This document shows, piece after piece, positions 22,084 to 35,925 of a stretch of 64,000 nucleotides of DNA. The notes beneath the pieces are model-generated. The model ran no database searches. It had not been told where the DNA came from and was given only the letters and a program-made list of their open reading frames with translations. Position 1 is the stretch's first letter, and every line of letters begins with the position of its first letter. This DNA is from Azolla caroliniana (taxonomy: Eukaryota; Plantae; Polypodiophyta): the NCBI GenBank assembly GCA_043228905.1, contig JBHGNT010000004.1, positions 24,800,001-24,864,000 on the forward strand, read 5' to 3'. The position numbers and the translations under genes were made by a program.

Positions 22084-23510
22084 AATTTGATCAATAAAAG
22101 GTGTTCTAGTAGCAGACAAGTATATTAATTAATGTATAGTGTTTTTTTCTTATATCCTCATTTTTTTTACAACCATGGTAAGATCCCTATGTAAAAATCA
22201 ATTTCCTTCTAGTACTAAAATGTAAGAACTAAAATGATTAATAGTATTCCCATTTTCCTTCTTCTTAGGACATTTGCTAGTACTAATTTTGTTTGACAGT
22301 GTGGAAAGTATAATTTTGCAGCTTGGAATGTCTCTCTTGGTATTTGGCTGCTGTGAGGTGGTTTGATGGGTTTTTTACTCTAAGTTGGTTTAGTTTGAAC
22401 TTTATATTGATCTTGCATTTGAAAGCAATTCTTCAAAAAGAGAAAATTCTCCTTCATATGTTGTGAATTAATCAGTTTTAGTAATTTGAACTATGGGAGT
22501 TTGGGCATTGTATCGAAAAGTTGTTGCTGTGAGGTTAATTCTGTCAGCCAAAAGATATTAACTATTGCAAGCCTTGTTTAAATGATAAGTGCAGTTTGAT
22601 CAAATTAAAAATTATCAGGGGTATATTGGCAATGGAAAAAGGGGTATGGTGGTGTTTTCCCCACTATAATTATAGTTACCATTCATAATATTAATTGTAT
22701 TAAACAACAGTCAATATTTAGAACTTACTAGTTGATATTAAGTATGTTGTGGAGATCCATGTACAATCCTTGACCGTGACAACGTAATACTTACAATGGT
22801 AAGTATAAATTTGGATGGTCTGTGGAGGTTCATGATGGCACACATCACCTAGATAAGCTTTCAAAAGATCACCAACATGTATCAAAAGCTCATCATAAAT
22901 TTAAAACACTTGCAACACAATGGAACATTCTTCGTCCTTTTACTTGTCAAAAGAATTCCCTTGCTTGTTGTATATTAGTTAAAGTTGGGTAGCACAAGAT
23001 GAATGCACTTGTGATAAGTTGGGAGCAAGGAAGTGTGAACTTGAATCAATTGCTGACCAACCTCATTCCAATATGTTAGTGGTATTGGTACTCCCAAGAA
23101 TTTCCCTTGTCTGAATGCAACTAGTTGTTCATTAGTTAAGATGAAATGCGAGAAGTTGGGAGCAAGAAGTAAATTTGAAATAGTTGTTGAATAACCTTAA
23201 TCCATTTATTAGTGGTATTGGTAGAGCCATAGAAGTTTGATATGCCTTAAACAAGGGAAATAACAAATAAATGACAACAAATTGTAAGCAATTTATAAAT
23301 AGCATAAAAAATACATCAAACAATCCAACAATCATTAGTTTTTGGAGTCATGATTACACTCAGGAAGTCGAAACTAATTGCATCATAGGGGGCACCCCTA
23401 ATAATGCTAACTATCTCCTCAAGAAGAGGATTGTTAGTCAAGACTCAAGGACCCTTTAAATTTCATGGATTGACACTAATTTGTGCATATTTATCTCTCT
23501 CTCTCTCTCT

Positions 23511-26500
23511 TTTGGTGAAAACACACAATTATACTAATAAATGTGTGTAAAAAACATTACTTACAATGGGTGTGACAATGGAGTATGGTCACCCACTAAC
23601 TACACTACATGGGTAGTCGAACATGTTGAATTGACAATAGGCAAGACGAACACTACACCGAGGAAAGAATTTCCACTGCTCCAATAAAGAAAATTGCCAC
23701 ATTAGTACTCCCTTCAACTTTCGTAGATATGCTTTCACTCCATGTCTACCATCAAATACTAAAGTGTTGCGCATATTCCAATTATGACGCAATCCCCAAT
23801 ATCTTAGAAATAGAAAAACGATCTCTATCTCGGATTTTGGGTCAACCTGTGTAAATTGTGCAAACACTGTCTAGGTGTCAAATAACCGTGATAAGACTTG
23901 CCAAATTTGAGAAATGTAACTCCAAATCTGACAAGCAATCAAACATTGTATAAATTGATGAGTACTATCTTCCATTTGAACAGTGCAAAAAAAGCAATTA
24001 CTCGTTGCTAATCCACAACGCTTTAAAGCTAATCCCAAAGGCAATCCTCCAATCAAAACTCTCCAAATGAAGACCTTTGTTGCAAGTGACAATTTAGAAT
24101 GCCAACTACGTTGTAAGATCTGCCACCACCCATGATCAAATTTGTGTTATTCTCCATTCTTCTTCAGCCTTAGATGATAACCATCTAAGAGACTCAACAG
24201 TGCAATGATACAAAAGATTAGTAGTCACTTGTAACAAAGTTTAAACACTAATCAATCCACGGTTGTTCTCTTGTTTGTAGAGATAAGGAACCTTGCATCA
24301 ATGGAATATTTTGTAGTTTTTGCCAAATAAACCCATAATTAGGCGGAATGCGTAATAATTGTCGCGCTTCAACAAACTCCAAAATTCTTTGAGATGAAGC
24401 CTCAACTATATCTCCCACCTCTTTGACCCCCAAACGAAACAAACGATTAAATTGAGAGTGCAATCTCTGCTTTCCTGGCCAACATAATAACCGAGAAGAC
24501 ATAAGCAACTCTTTTGCAAAGAATTACAATGCTCTCTACTAGATGATGGTTTCCATACACATAACAAGAGTACTTCTTGCCATGAGGTAACCAAGTGTTG
24601 AACACATGTAGAGCCCAGAATCTTAAGTGAAATATATCCATTTAGTAATTGCCACCATGAAGCCTTAATCGTTGTCCTCCCATGTGTTAAACCCTTGTTC
24701 TCAATGAAATATTGAACAATGGATATACATGGTTGTGAGTTTGAACACATGTCTTGTAATAATGAAAATCTATGAGCCATCATATGCATAGATAAGTTCA
24801 ATATTCCAGTCCCCCCCAAGCGCTTAGGGGTTGCTAGATGATTCCATGCAACCCAAGTGATTCCCATCTTATCCCTCTTCTTCCACAACAAATATCGAAG
24901 AGGTTGGAAAATAGAATGCAAAGCTTTCTTTGTCCATGGAAACAATTGCAAGTAATATAATCTCATGGGTTCCATAATACATTGTACAACCTTCAAGCGT
25001 ACATGAAATGGCCAAGATTGTGACTTCCAATACATGAACTTATCCCTCAACTTACTAGACATCCATTCAATCAATTGACCATTTGTAACATTCATTCCTA
25101 ATGGATTGCCCAAGTGTCGAAAAATAGAGCCTTTCTTCACCACAGATCCTTGCCATCCAAAACATTCCAAATCCCTTTCAGTACATGATATGAGACTAGA
25201 CTTCCTCCAATTAATATGTAATCTAGAAGCCAATGCAAATTGGTTCCATACAAGCATCCCCTTCTCAAGATTTTCTCGTGAGGCTTGTAGAAACATGAAA
25301 GAATCATCAGCCAAAGCTTGTGCTACTAGTTGCTCTCTAGACGGAAGGTGTAGACCCACAATGTCACCATTTGTTGCAAGCCTTGATAACATCACTAACA
25401 ACGGATGAGTAACAATAGCAAACAACAATGGGCTAAGAGGGCATCCTTGACGAATGGATCTTGTGAGGGCAATATCTGATGTAACTCCCCCATTAAGCAT
25501 TACTCGAGACGCCGCATCTTGTCCTAATAAAAATATGAGGCGAGACATATGAGGTCCAAAGCCCATTGTATGCATTAACCCAGAAACAAATGACCAATTA
25601 ACATGATCATAAGCTTTCTCCAAATCTAATTGCACCATAATCAATTCTTCATGAGTGTTTCGAGCATAATCCATGGCCATTTGAACATTCAACACATTAT
25701 GCAATATATTCCTACATGCAATAAAACCATGTCGGGCGAGATGTATCAACTTTGGCAAATAGTTTTGTAATCTATTTGCCAAGACCTTTGTAAATATCTT
25801 ATACAACCCCCCCATCAAAGAAATAGGTCTCCATTGATGAAATGACTCGAGAGATGCCACCTTTGAAACTAATTTAATTAGACCAACCTTCCAAGCTTGA
25901 GGCATATGAACAAAATCCCAAGAATGTTGAAACATCAAAGTTAAGGGCCCCTTTAAAATGTTCGAATATGTCTTAAAAACTTCATTTGTCAAGTCATCCC
26001 AACCAGGGCTCTTACCACTAGGAAGATGCCTTAAAACTGTGTCCACCTCATCCACAGTGAAATCCGCATCCAATTCATGACTAATGAGGTCATAGATAAT
26101 CCACAATGATTATCTATGAGCCCATCCCTCTGTTGTTGCATCTTCGCATAACGATAACTTTGGCATTGCAACTGAGAAATAATAACATGCAATTGACTTT
26201 GGATATCCAAAACCTACTCATCTAATGGTGCATGTATCAATAATGCATTACACATGGAGAGACCTTGTGAGAATTGTCGAAGAAGACCTCTTCTTCGTTG
26301 AGCATTAGTTACTCCATACATACAATGAATGATCTTAATGTTTCGTAACGTGATATCCCATGCTTTAACTCCTTTAAGATTCACTTCTTGTGAAGAATTT
26401 ACCAAAATTTTCTCCATGAGAGAATCAAAGTGAGGTTGAAGCAAAAGAGAAGAGTTAAAGCGTAATGGAGGCTTTCCAAGTAAGGATTTATACATGTCAA

Positions 26501-27865
26501 TTGCATGATTACAAACCTCCAAACAAATAAGAAAGTGATCTGAAGTTCTTACATCTTGTAGAACTTTCATACGAAGTGATTTCGGTAAAAAGGAATCATT
26601 GTGCATCACATACATTCTATCTAACTGACTCCGTGTTTGTCTATGTTGAGCGGATTGGAAACTAAAACCTGGATCATTCCCATGCAACCATGTCCAAACA
26701 TCCAACTTCAAAACCTCCATAGCCAATGAATCCTAAGCTAGTTGCTCAAGATCATCCATGATTGATGTTCAGACATATATTGAGATGCATCAACCCACAT
26801 GTTAAAATCACCCATAAGTAATATTGGACGAACCACAAATAGGGTTTGAAGGGGTGAGCCCCATAATGCAATACGTTGAGTGGCTTGGTTAGGGGCACAA
26901 ATCCCAACCACCCATACAACCTTGCCAAAAAACGTGATTTCTAGAACCAAAAACCGACCATAAGGATCATTATGCACCACTTGAGGATAATATTTATCCC
27001 ACATGATTAATACCACACCTGAGTAATGATTATTAAGATGTCTTGCATAGAATGAGGAATATCCACGTAAGTGAACTGTGGATCCTGCTAACTCATGACA
27101 TTGTTTTCATGACAGACACTTATGCCCAACTGCACATAATACATCTCATTCTTTACTTAACAAAGTTTCCCATAATATATACTTCTTATGAGGAGAACAT
27201 GCCCCTCTCACATTCCATGTTACCACTTTCATTCAATCAACAATGTTATGGGTGCACTTGCTCCTTTAGAGCAACCGGTGTCATGAAACTAGTCAAAGCA
27301 TGCTCCATTGCTGCATATGGATTTTCATGCATCACATCCTTTGGGTTATCTATCAAAATCTTTTTTCTAGGTTCTCCTGATTGACAAAACCTTGAGAATT
27401 CGATGAATTTACAACCTGTCCCAATGAATCAAATTGACGGTGAAGGGGGGAATCCCTTATCCCTAAATTGTCTTTGCCAAGGAACTTTTCAAGGACCCTC
27501 CCTAGTTCCTGAATTTCCTTTCCAAGTAGTCTCATGAGTAGTGGGCAAACTATTACATTGCATATTCATTGATTTCCCCTTCGACTTGCCCTTAACTTGA
27601 TGCCAATACTTTTCAACAACAACATCACTACTAGTTCTATCCAACGGTTTTCCCCCCTTATCTATAGCCACCAAACCTTGAAGTGAAACCTCTTTATAAC
27701 CTGCTCTAGATTATGTTCCTTCATCCATAACAATCACAATATATGACACACCAACATCTCTCCCAACTCCTTCCTTACCATTCCCTTCATTAGGAACCTC
27801 TATAGTTGAAGGACAATGACGATGGCATTCCGCCATAAAGTGACCCCATTCACCACATTCAAAAC

Positions 27866-27867
<2 letters not shown>
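23511..27867 (-). mobile_element. 5'-truncated, degenerate L1-clade LINE
   Basis: ORF1 remnant with a CCHC knuckle CFECGEWGHFMAEC (~27825-27867). ORF2 starts MKVVTWNVRG at 27232, followed by endonuclease motifs (MGDFN, SQLDR, SDH), RT 24406-26106 (KSPGWD, WRPISL, LDLEKAYDHV, RQGCPLSP, LADD) and zf-RVT (KVFIWR...CFFC...EDSTHQFIQC). Several frameshifts and stops. (CT)n on both flanks. Confidence 0.93.

Positions 27868-27910
<43 letters not shown>
27868..27910. repeat. (CT)n microsatellite at the LINE 5' junction; partner tract at ~23494-23510
   Basis: Direct reading. Confidence 0.9.
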
Positions 27911-27913
<3 letters not shown>

Positions 27914-27945
27914 TCGCTCACATTTGTATTCTTTAACTCTCACTC

Positions 27946-28410
27946 TATTAGAGATTAGGTACTAAAGTAAGCATAAAATAAGGATATATCAATGATAGAT
28001 CTAGAAAGAATAGAGAGAAAAGAGAGAAAGAAGGGTGCCGATCCACCCGACCACCCCCGAGCGAAGGGATCGAGACGGACTCGAGCCTTGATCGGCGTCC
28101 CATACCACCGCCTTGGCGTCGAGTCGTACCTGGACGATAGCGCGCTTGCTACAAGAGTCGTTCCACTCACGGACAGAGTCTCGACGTAGTCAATGCATGC
28201 CCCAATGAGGGTAGCTAGGCCTCTTATTTATAGTAATTCTCAAGGCCCCCAGCCATGTTCACACTTGGCCTCATGGGTTGTCTCAATCCCGAGGATTAAA
28301 AGTAATCCTCCCCTTCTTTAGACTCTTTGTTTAACCCTCACACTTATCCACGTGTATAGAATACTACGACAATTCTCACCACGGGATATTATATGGTCAT
28401 GCCCGTAACA
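27946..28410 (-). repeat. 3' LTR
   Basis: Direct repeat of 34526-34990. Confidence 0.97.
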
Positions 28411-31400
28411 TACTCCCCCTCTTTAAAACATTGCACTCTTGCAATGGAAAGTTAGGGAAGTTAGTTCTTAGAGTCGTTTCGCGTTCCCATGTGGCATCTT
28501 TGATTGATTTATCCATCCATTTTATTTTAAATTCTCGGATTTCCTTAGCACGTAATTTTTTTGTTTTAACATCGAGAATTCTTTCTGGTACATGTGGTTT
28601 AGAAGATAAATCTTCAGAAGTAACCAGAGTTTCAGTTGTAACTGTATTGTCGCCAGAACCTAGAAGTTCTTTTAGACGACTTACATGAAAGACTGGATGG
28701 ATTCCAACACCATCGGGAAGAGCGAGACGATAGGCTGATGATCCAATGCGTTTGAGGACTGTAAAAGGTCCACAAAACCGTGGGGCTAACTTAGCGCACC
28801 TACCCGTACACAATGTCTTAGAATTGTGAGGTACACGTAAAAATACCTTCTGTCCAGGGCTGAATACACGAGGTTGCCTGTGATGATCGGCATAAAAACG
28901 CGCTCTATCTTGAGCTGTTTTTATATTATCCCGTGCAATATGCAACATATCTTGCATATCCCGAAGAAAGTTTTGCGTACTTCGCAACTCATCATGATGT
29001 ATATTAACATCAATCGGGGCTCGTGGCTGAAATCCATACATCAACATAAAAGGACTATATCCCGTCGACGTATGCTTGGAGCTGTTATAAGCAAACTCCA
29101 AAATTGGGAGGTAACGTTCCCATTTTGTTGGTTTTGCACCAACGTATGCTCGAAGCATGTCCTCAATAATTTGATTTACTCGTTCTGTCTGTCCATCGGA
29201 TTGAGGATGATCCGTGGAGCTCATGCTCAACGTAGTTTCTAACTTCTTAAAGACTTGCGTCCAGAAGTCACTAGTAAACTTCGGATCTCGGTCACTCACG
29301 ATATCCATCGGTAACCCGTAAAAACGAAATAACTCATCAACGAATTGGTAAGCCAATTCAGGAGCTGTTACCGTGGTTTTAGTAGCAATAAATCTGGCCA
29401 TTTTAGTTAGTCTGTCAACCACAACCCATATGGCATCATGACCTTTTTGGGTGCGAGGAAGGCTAACAATAAAATCCATGGATATACTTTCCCACTTATT
29501 ATTGGGAATGTCCAAGGGATGTAAAAGTCCTGCGGCTTTAAGTCGCTCGGCTTTGTTAACCTGACATTGGTGACATTTAGTCACATAGCTATGTATGTCA
29601 GGACGCATCTTAGGCCAATAAAATTGAGTGGAGATGAGAACGAGTGTACGATGTATTCCAGGGTGCCCTGCTGAGGGTGCATCATGGCATTAAAAAAGAA
29701 TTCTCTTTTTGACCTCAGGTAAATCTGGAACACAAACCTTCCCATTACGGTAGAGCAGACCGTTAGCAATGTGGAAGTATTCCTTCGAGGGTGTGGTGGT
29801 GTCTGTTCCAGACTCGACTCTTGCCCAGTATTTTGCAAAATAATTGTCATCAGGATACTTTCCTCGAAGGTGATCATAAAGATCTGATGTTATTTCAGTG
29901 AAGCTAAGCATGTTAACTTCACGGATGCGACTTAGTGCATCAGCGACAGTATTCATGGAACCTTTACGATATCGTATGGAAAAATCAAAGTCCTGGATGA
30001 GATCAGCCCATCGTGCCTAACGACCTTTCAGGTCTTGTTGGTCACAAAAATATTTCAAGGACTCGTGGTCCGTAGTTACCACAAAGCGATTTCCATAAAG
30101 ATAATGGCGCCATGTTTTGAGCGCATGTATAACCGCAAATAATTCCTTTTCTTGAACGGTATACCGACATTGAGCAGAATCAAGTTTCTTACTCTCGAAT
30201 GCTATTGGTTTACCATCTTGATACAAGACAGCACCTATAGCATAATCGCTTGCGTCGGTTTCAACCTCAAAAGGTTTTGAAGGATCGGGTAAAAGAAGTG
30301 AAGGAGCCTTGCATACCAAGTCCTTGAGTTCCTTAAAGGCGAGGTCTAGTGTAGCATTCCACACAATAGGTTTTGTAGACTTACGCGTTTGACCTTTTAG
30401 AAGATCAGTAAACGGCGTCGTCAATTGTGAGTAATTACGAAGAGATTTTCGCAAAAATCCGACAAAACCAAGGAATGATCGAACTTCTCGAATATTCCGA
30501 AGAGTGGGCCAAAGCTTGATTTTCTCGATGCGAGAAGGATCAATTTCAACTCCTCGTTCGGTTATGAGATGTCCAAGATAAGTAATTGATTTCTTGAAGA
30601 ACTCACATTTTGAGATCTTCGCGTAAAATTGTTTGTCACGCAATATTTGTAAAACAAAGCGGACATGTCTAGCATGTTCTTGTAATGTACGGCTATAAAC
30701 TAAAATATCATCTAAGAAGATAACGACAAATTTTCCAAGTTGTTCTCGGAAAATGTCATTCATTTCTTGTTGAAATGTAGCCGGAGCATTGGTCAAACCA
30801 AAAGGCATAACAAAAAACTCATAATGGCCGTAGCGCGTACGAAATGCTGTTTTAGGAACATCGTCCTCACTTATTCGTATTTGATGGTAGCCAGTACGGA
30901 GATCAAGTTTCGTAAAATACCGAGCTCCCTGGAGACGGTCAATTAGATCGTCAGCCCGGGGCAATGGGTACGAATTCTTGATCGTCACTTTATTCAAGCG
31001 TCGGTAATTAATACACATACGCCATGTGCCCTCTTTCTTTTTAACCAAGAGAACTGGTGCACCCCATGGAGATTTACTATAACGTATATAACCCATTCGT
31101 AAATAGTCCTTAAGTTGCTTAGCTACCTCATCCTCTTCAGATCGACTTAGGCGATACGGAGGTATACTAATGGGTGCAATGCCAGGTACAATATCTATAC
31201 AATGGTCTATATTACGTTTAGGAGGTAAACCATCGGGTAGTTCACTCGGAAAAACATCATGAAAATCGTTTACGATTTCATCAAGTTGTTTTTGTTCAAA
31301 ATATGTTAATTGACCCGAGACATTATCGATATTGTAAACGTGAATGTCCGGATCAAGTACACAATAAAATAACGTAGAACAAGACAACTCAGATATTGAT

Positions 31401-32830
31401 GGACACGAGGAAACAATCGAGAGGGATTGTTTTGTTACACATTGAATAAAATGCGTACAATCGTTGAGTACAAAAGAAATGGAATGGCGAACCCAATCAA
31501 TAAATAAAGAAGAGCTTTTATTATAAAACCAGGGATAACCCAGTATTACATCGGTGGTACTAAGATTCATTACATGGAAGTCTACTTCCTCTATATAGGT
31601 ATCAATAGAAATTCCTAAAGAATGAATCGCCCCGTTGATGTGTTGTACTCTTCCATCAGCCAAGTGCACCGTGTAGGTGTGATCACTTACGGTGGGTTGG
31701 ATTCCCCATATCTGTACCAAACGATCATTCACAAAATTGTGTGAGCTTCCCGAATCAAATAAAAATTGTACGGGAGATCCATTGATATACCCGTTTGCAC
31801 GTAGTAAATCATTGGGACCCAATACATAATGAGGGAAAGAACATTGACAATTACTCAAATGATGTGTATAGACCTGAAGGACATTAGGAATCTGACCTTT
31901 ATGGTCTGTAGCTTTAGGTTTGGCGTCGTGCTCTTTTCGTTGGAGCTTACGACATTGCTCTTTTATATGACCCTTCTTTTTGCAGAATACGCAAAAAGGA
32001 TGTTGTCGCTTATAATCGCGATCCATGAATTCGTTGGGTGTCTTGCGTTTCCCAACGAATTGCGACTGCTTAGTCCCGGGCGCTTCGTTGGGTTTGTTAT
32101 GGTCCTTCTTCGAAGTGCGTTGATAGCGAAGAACTATCTCAACGGCCTCTTCGAAGGATTTTGGATCCTTATCGTGCACTATCCAGTGATAGTCCGAATT
32201 GGGGATGCCATTGACAAAACAAGCTATTAACCAATTGTCCCCTTCTAGACCCGATTTTTGGATTTGGGTTCTAGCATGGTGGACATAGTCTTCTAGCGAG
32301 GAAAACTTCCTGCTAGAGAGGTTCATTAAAGCTTGTGCTGCCTCGGTTCGAGAGGGAGGTTGTAGAAATTGACCCTTGAAAACTGTGACAAAGTCTGTCC
32401 AGGTCTCGGGCAATCTCCCCAAAGTTCGGAGCCCACGCCACCAAGCGGCGGCCTTACCCCCTAGTTCTCGGCCGACATATGCAATCTTCGTACTATCTGG
32501 CGTGGGATAGAGCTCAAAATGAGACTCCCATCGGCCCAGCCACGTGCAGATTGCTTCTTCGGTTCTTTCCTTTTTATCTCCCGTAAATGGCTTTACGACA
32601 AATGATGGTTCACCCTGACGCTCATCAGGTCTATTAATCTCATTTTGGAGACTAATGACTCGTGCCTCGAGAGCACTTTGAGATTGCCGAAATTCGGTCA
32701 ACTGCTGCGCGGTTGAACTAAGGAAATGTTGTACTTGTAAAATATACGCCTCAATGGACATTGTCCCAGGAGGATTTCCTTGAGGTCTTTCCGCTTGAGC
32801 GGAGGGCATCGGGTCGTTATTCTGAGCCAT
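28397..32830 (-). pseudogene. gag-pol of the chromovirus: single frame with two premature stops
   Basis: Gag with CCHC ([14 protein letters not shown]), protease ([10 protein letters not shown]), RT ([16 protein letters not shown]), RNase H ([10 protein letters not shown]), integrase (H..H/C..C, SMDF, SDRD, QTER, GPF) and chromodomain (PERILD...IKWMD...ATWE). In-frame stops at 30017-30019 and 29690-29692. The ORF ends inside the 3' LTR. Confidence 0.93.
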
Positions 32831-34525
32831 TGAATGATTATTTCTGGCAAAGAAATAAGATAAGGTCAGACAAATAGTCATAACATCTTGTCGTGGTGTA
32901 AACATATCATGGGCAAACATTAATCGATATCATGATCTCACGTCAATACCCCTCTAGACGTATGAGATGAGGTTCAAGATCAGGTTACTATGGTAACACA
33001 GAGGTGTTTTAAAAACCATGGGGGTGACAAATGAATGCCTTTCCCTGATCTCTATATCGATTTTTTTCATGGCGGCTCCCCGAGGCTCAACCATGTATGT
33101 TCGCGTCATGAATAGTTTATACACGAAAAAAATGTTAACAATAACTATGTTTCTGTGCCCACATATGTGGTTTCGGCTCTTTAAGTCCTATTACGAGGAC
33201 CCCGAAGTGCACTTAGACCTAAAGTCTAAACATGTATTATAGTCATATGTATCAACGATGTTGTATGGTGTTGGTCATATTTGAACTCGAGACCTCGAGA
33301 ACAAATACATTAAACACTTGAGTCAACCAAGTAAGTTGCTCTTCTCGAATGCTTAATGTTTGATGCGTATAAGAGATATGCGAGGCAATTGATCATATAC
33401 GTTTTTTAAAAAGAACATATATGTCAAGCGTCCTTATTTTGCCCTCATTTACCAAAACTATGTTGGTACGTTACCTAACCTCAAGTCTCGTAATTACGAT
33501 GGCATATGCCAAAGGGCAACCTAATGGTCAAGCCAAATGAGCCCTTGTTTCGTAGTAGGCTCACGTGGGCCATCACATGGTCACGTCATTACGAATGCCT
33601 CTCGTAAGAACGAGCTCATGGTGGCATCGTATCCATGTAACGAAGGGAGATGTTGGATACGTGTGTCATTAGAGCGACCCTACTTGATGTGGATCAAGCC
33701 CGACGTATTCAACATCATTTTGGCTATACGAGGTTCGTTACGTAACGAAAGATCAAAGTGACCAACGGGAATTTCAACAATAAAAATTGTTGATAAAAGG
33801 GATGGTGACAACGCCATTCTCACAAAAATGTGAGGACGGCCACCAAAATCCTCTCCCCAATTAGGAAAACATTTGATATGAATCACGTAATCTAAAATAT
33901 ACACATATGTCAATATATCACATATATACGATCAGAGACGTATATAAGTGACCACATATGCGTATACTAAATGAATCGTTTTTTTTATATAGCCAACAAT
34001 GATGTATTCGGGATACGTAATCGAGGCATATACCTCTACGCACACGAAACATCCGAAAATAAGGTTAAGCGTAATTCGCAATTGAGGTATTGACCTCTTA
34101 CGCATAGTAAATCCAACGCATATCATTTCGAACGAATCGAGGTATTGACCTCGTACGCGAACGTAACATATGTTCGTGAACGTAATACGCAATTGAGGTA
34201 GTAACCTCGTACGCATACGACACTCATCACATATGATTTATATGTCAAACGAGGTATTGACCGCGTGGACATATGTAAACGTTTAAGATAACCAATTAAA
34301 TACCACGTCAACATCATTGAATATATGAAAAAAAAACTACATATTAAGTATACACATGTATAGAAGGGAGAAGAAAAATTAGATAAAAAATTAAGGAAAA
34401 TTTACCGAAGTTCTTTCGCTAATCCTTGTCTGCATGAAGGCGACCGCACAACGATCAATCGCCATCCCACGCGAAGACAAAAAGAAAACCAAAAGAAACG
34501 TTAGTACATAGGCTCTGATACCAAA

Positions 34526-34990
34526 TATTAGAGATTAGGTACTAAAGTAAGCATAAAATAAGGATATATCAATGATAGATCTAGAAAGAATAGAGAGAAA
34601 AGAGAGAAAGAAGGGTGCCGATCCACCCGACCACCCCCGAGCGAAGGGATCGAGACAGACTCGAGCCTCGATCGGCGTCCCATACCACCGCCTTGGCGTC
34701 GAGTCGTACCTGGACGATAGCGCGCTTGCTACAAGAGTCGTTCCACTCACGGACAGAGTCTCGACGTAGTCAATGCATGCCCCAATGAGGGTAGCTAGGC
34801 CTCTTATTTATAGTAATTCTCAAGGCCCCCAGCCATGTTCACACTTGGCCTCATGGGTTGTCTCAATCCCGAGGATTAAAAGGAATCCTCCCCTTCTTTA
34901 GACTCTTTGTTTAACCCTCACACTTATCCACGTGTATAGAATACTACGACAATTCTCACCACGGGATATTATATGGTCATGCCCGTAACA
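34526..34990 (-). repeat. 5' LTR
   Basis: Direct repeat of 27946-28410; followed on the - strand by the PBS; contains TATAAATA on the - strand. Confidence 0.97.
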
Positions 34991-35925
34991 CACTCTCCCT
35001 CTCACATACACCCACCAATTGTACATCACTCACACCCCTTGTCTCGTCCTCACGGTCTAGAACTCCTCCCCCTATTTTCTAAGTATGCCACTCCCTACCT
35101 CCCCTATTTCTAATTAAGCTTGTAAGTAGATTTGGATAGATTTAGGTTTATGTTTTAATCTTATTATCAGTTTTATGTTTAGTTTTAATATTAGTAATTA
35201 ACCCCCTATCTCTCTTCCCCCTTCCCATATTCCTAATCATGTCTCTCCCACCAAGTGTGTCAAATGATTTGGGTGCGCTCAAATTGTTCTTGGTGTTTTC
35301 ACTTCATTCCATCTTCGTCTCGAACTTAATCATAAACCTCTTTCTCTTACCTCTACCCGTCAATGATCTACCATTCTACACTCCTTGTCCCGATCGTATG
35401 GTCAACGAACGAACCTATGAACAAAACAAATAAAATCTATATGTAATTAATGAAATGAATTTGAGTAAACTTATATGCAAAATATGGATCTTAGACTGAT
35501 TAGAAAGTTCCAATTTTATGTTGAAAAGCTAAAATATGGCAACATCAAGTGCTATAGCATAATGTGAAACCATTGCCTTAAACATTATTTGAGTTATTTC
35601 CCTTGGATTCAGAATAGGCAGTATTACAGAGGTTTTAAATATATAAACCTGATGGTCTCGAGGAAAACAATGTGTTTCCATTGTCCAACATCAAGGTTGT
35701 AATGCATGGGTACATGTCTCTAACAATTGGTCTAATGGTGACAGACATTGTAAACGGTCTTCGTTTTTGCTACAAGTATATATCTTTATACCATTTTCCA
35801 AGACACAAAATGTGAAAACAATAACAGTGCCCTTCAATAAATTATGCTAAGAAACTTAAAAATATTAGGCATTGGAGGCCTTTCCATTATAAATAAAAAT
35901 GAGTCATCATTCATTACCTTATGTG

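Larger units (their letters stand above)
27946..34990 (-). mobile_element. Full-length Ty3/gypsy chromovirus LTR retrotransposon, recent insertion
   Basis: Two 465-bp LTRs (27946-28410 and 34526-34990) differ at 3 positions by eye. TSD CACTC (27941-27945 / 34991-34995). PBS TGGTATCAGAGCC (tRNA-iMet type) at 34523-34511. PPT AAAGAGGGGGAGTA adjacent to 28411. Confidence 0.97.

Noticed and set aside
22950-23235. Weak ~140-bp degenerate duplication (AAGTTGGGAGCAAG...TTAGTGGTATTGGTA)
   Set aside because: Real but short and old; nothing further could be inferred.
27955-28189. Small ORFs inside the LTRs (duplicated at 34535-34769)
   Set aside because: Incidental frames in GC-rich LTR sequence.
34015-34270. 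CRISPR-like repeat-spacer appearance
   Set aside because: Eukaryotic retrotransposon leader, degenerate repeats, no cas genes; reported as hairpin repeats instead.
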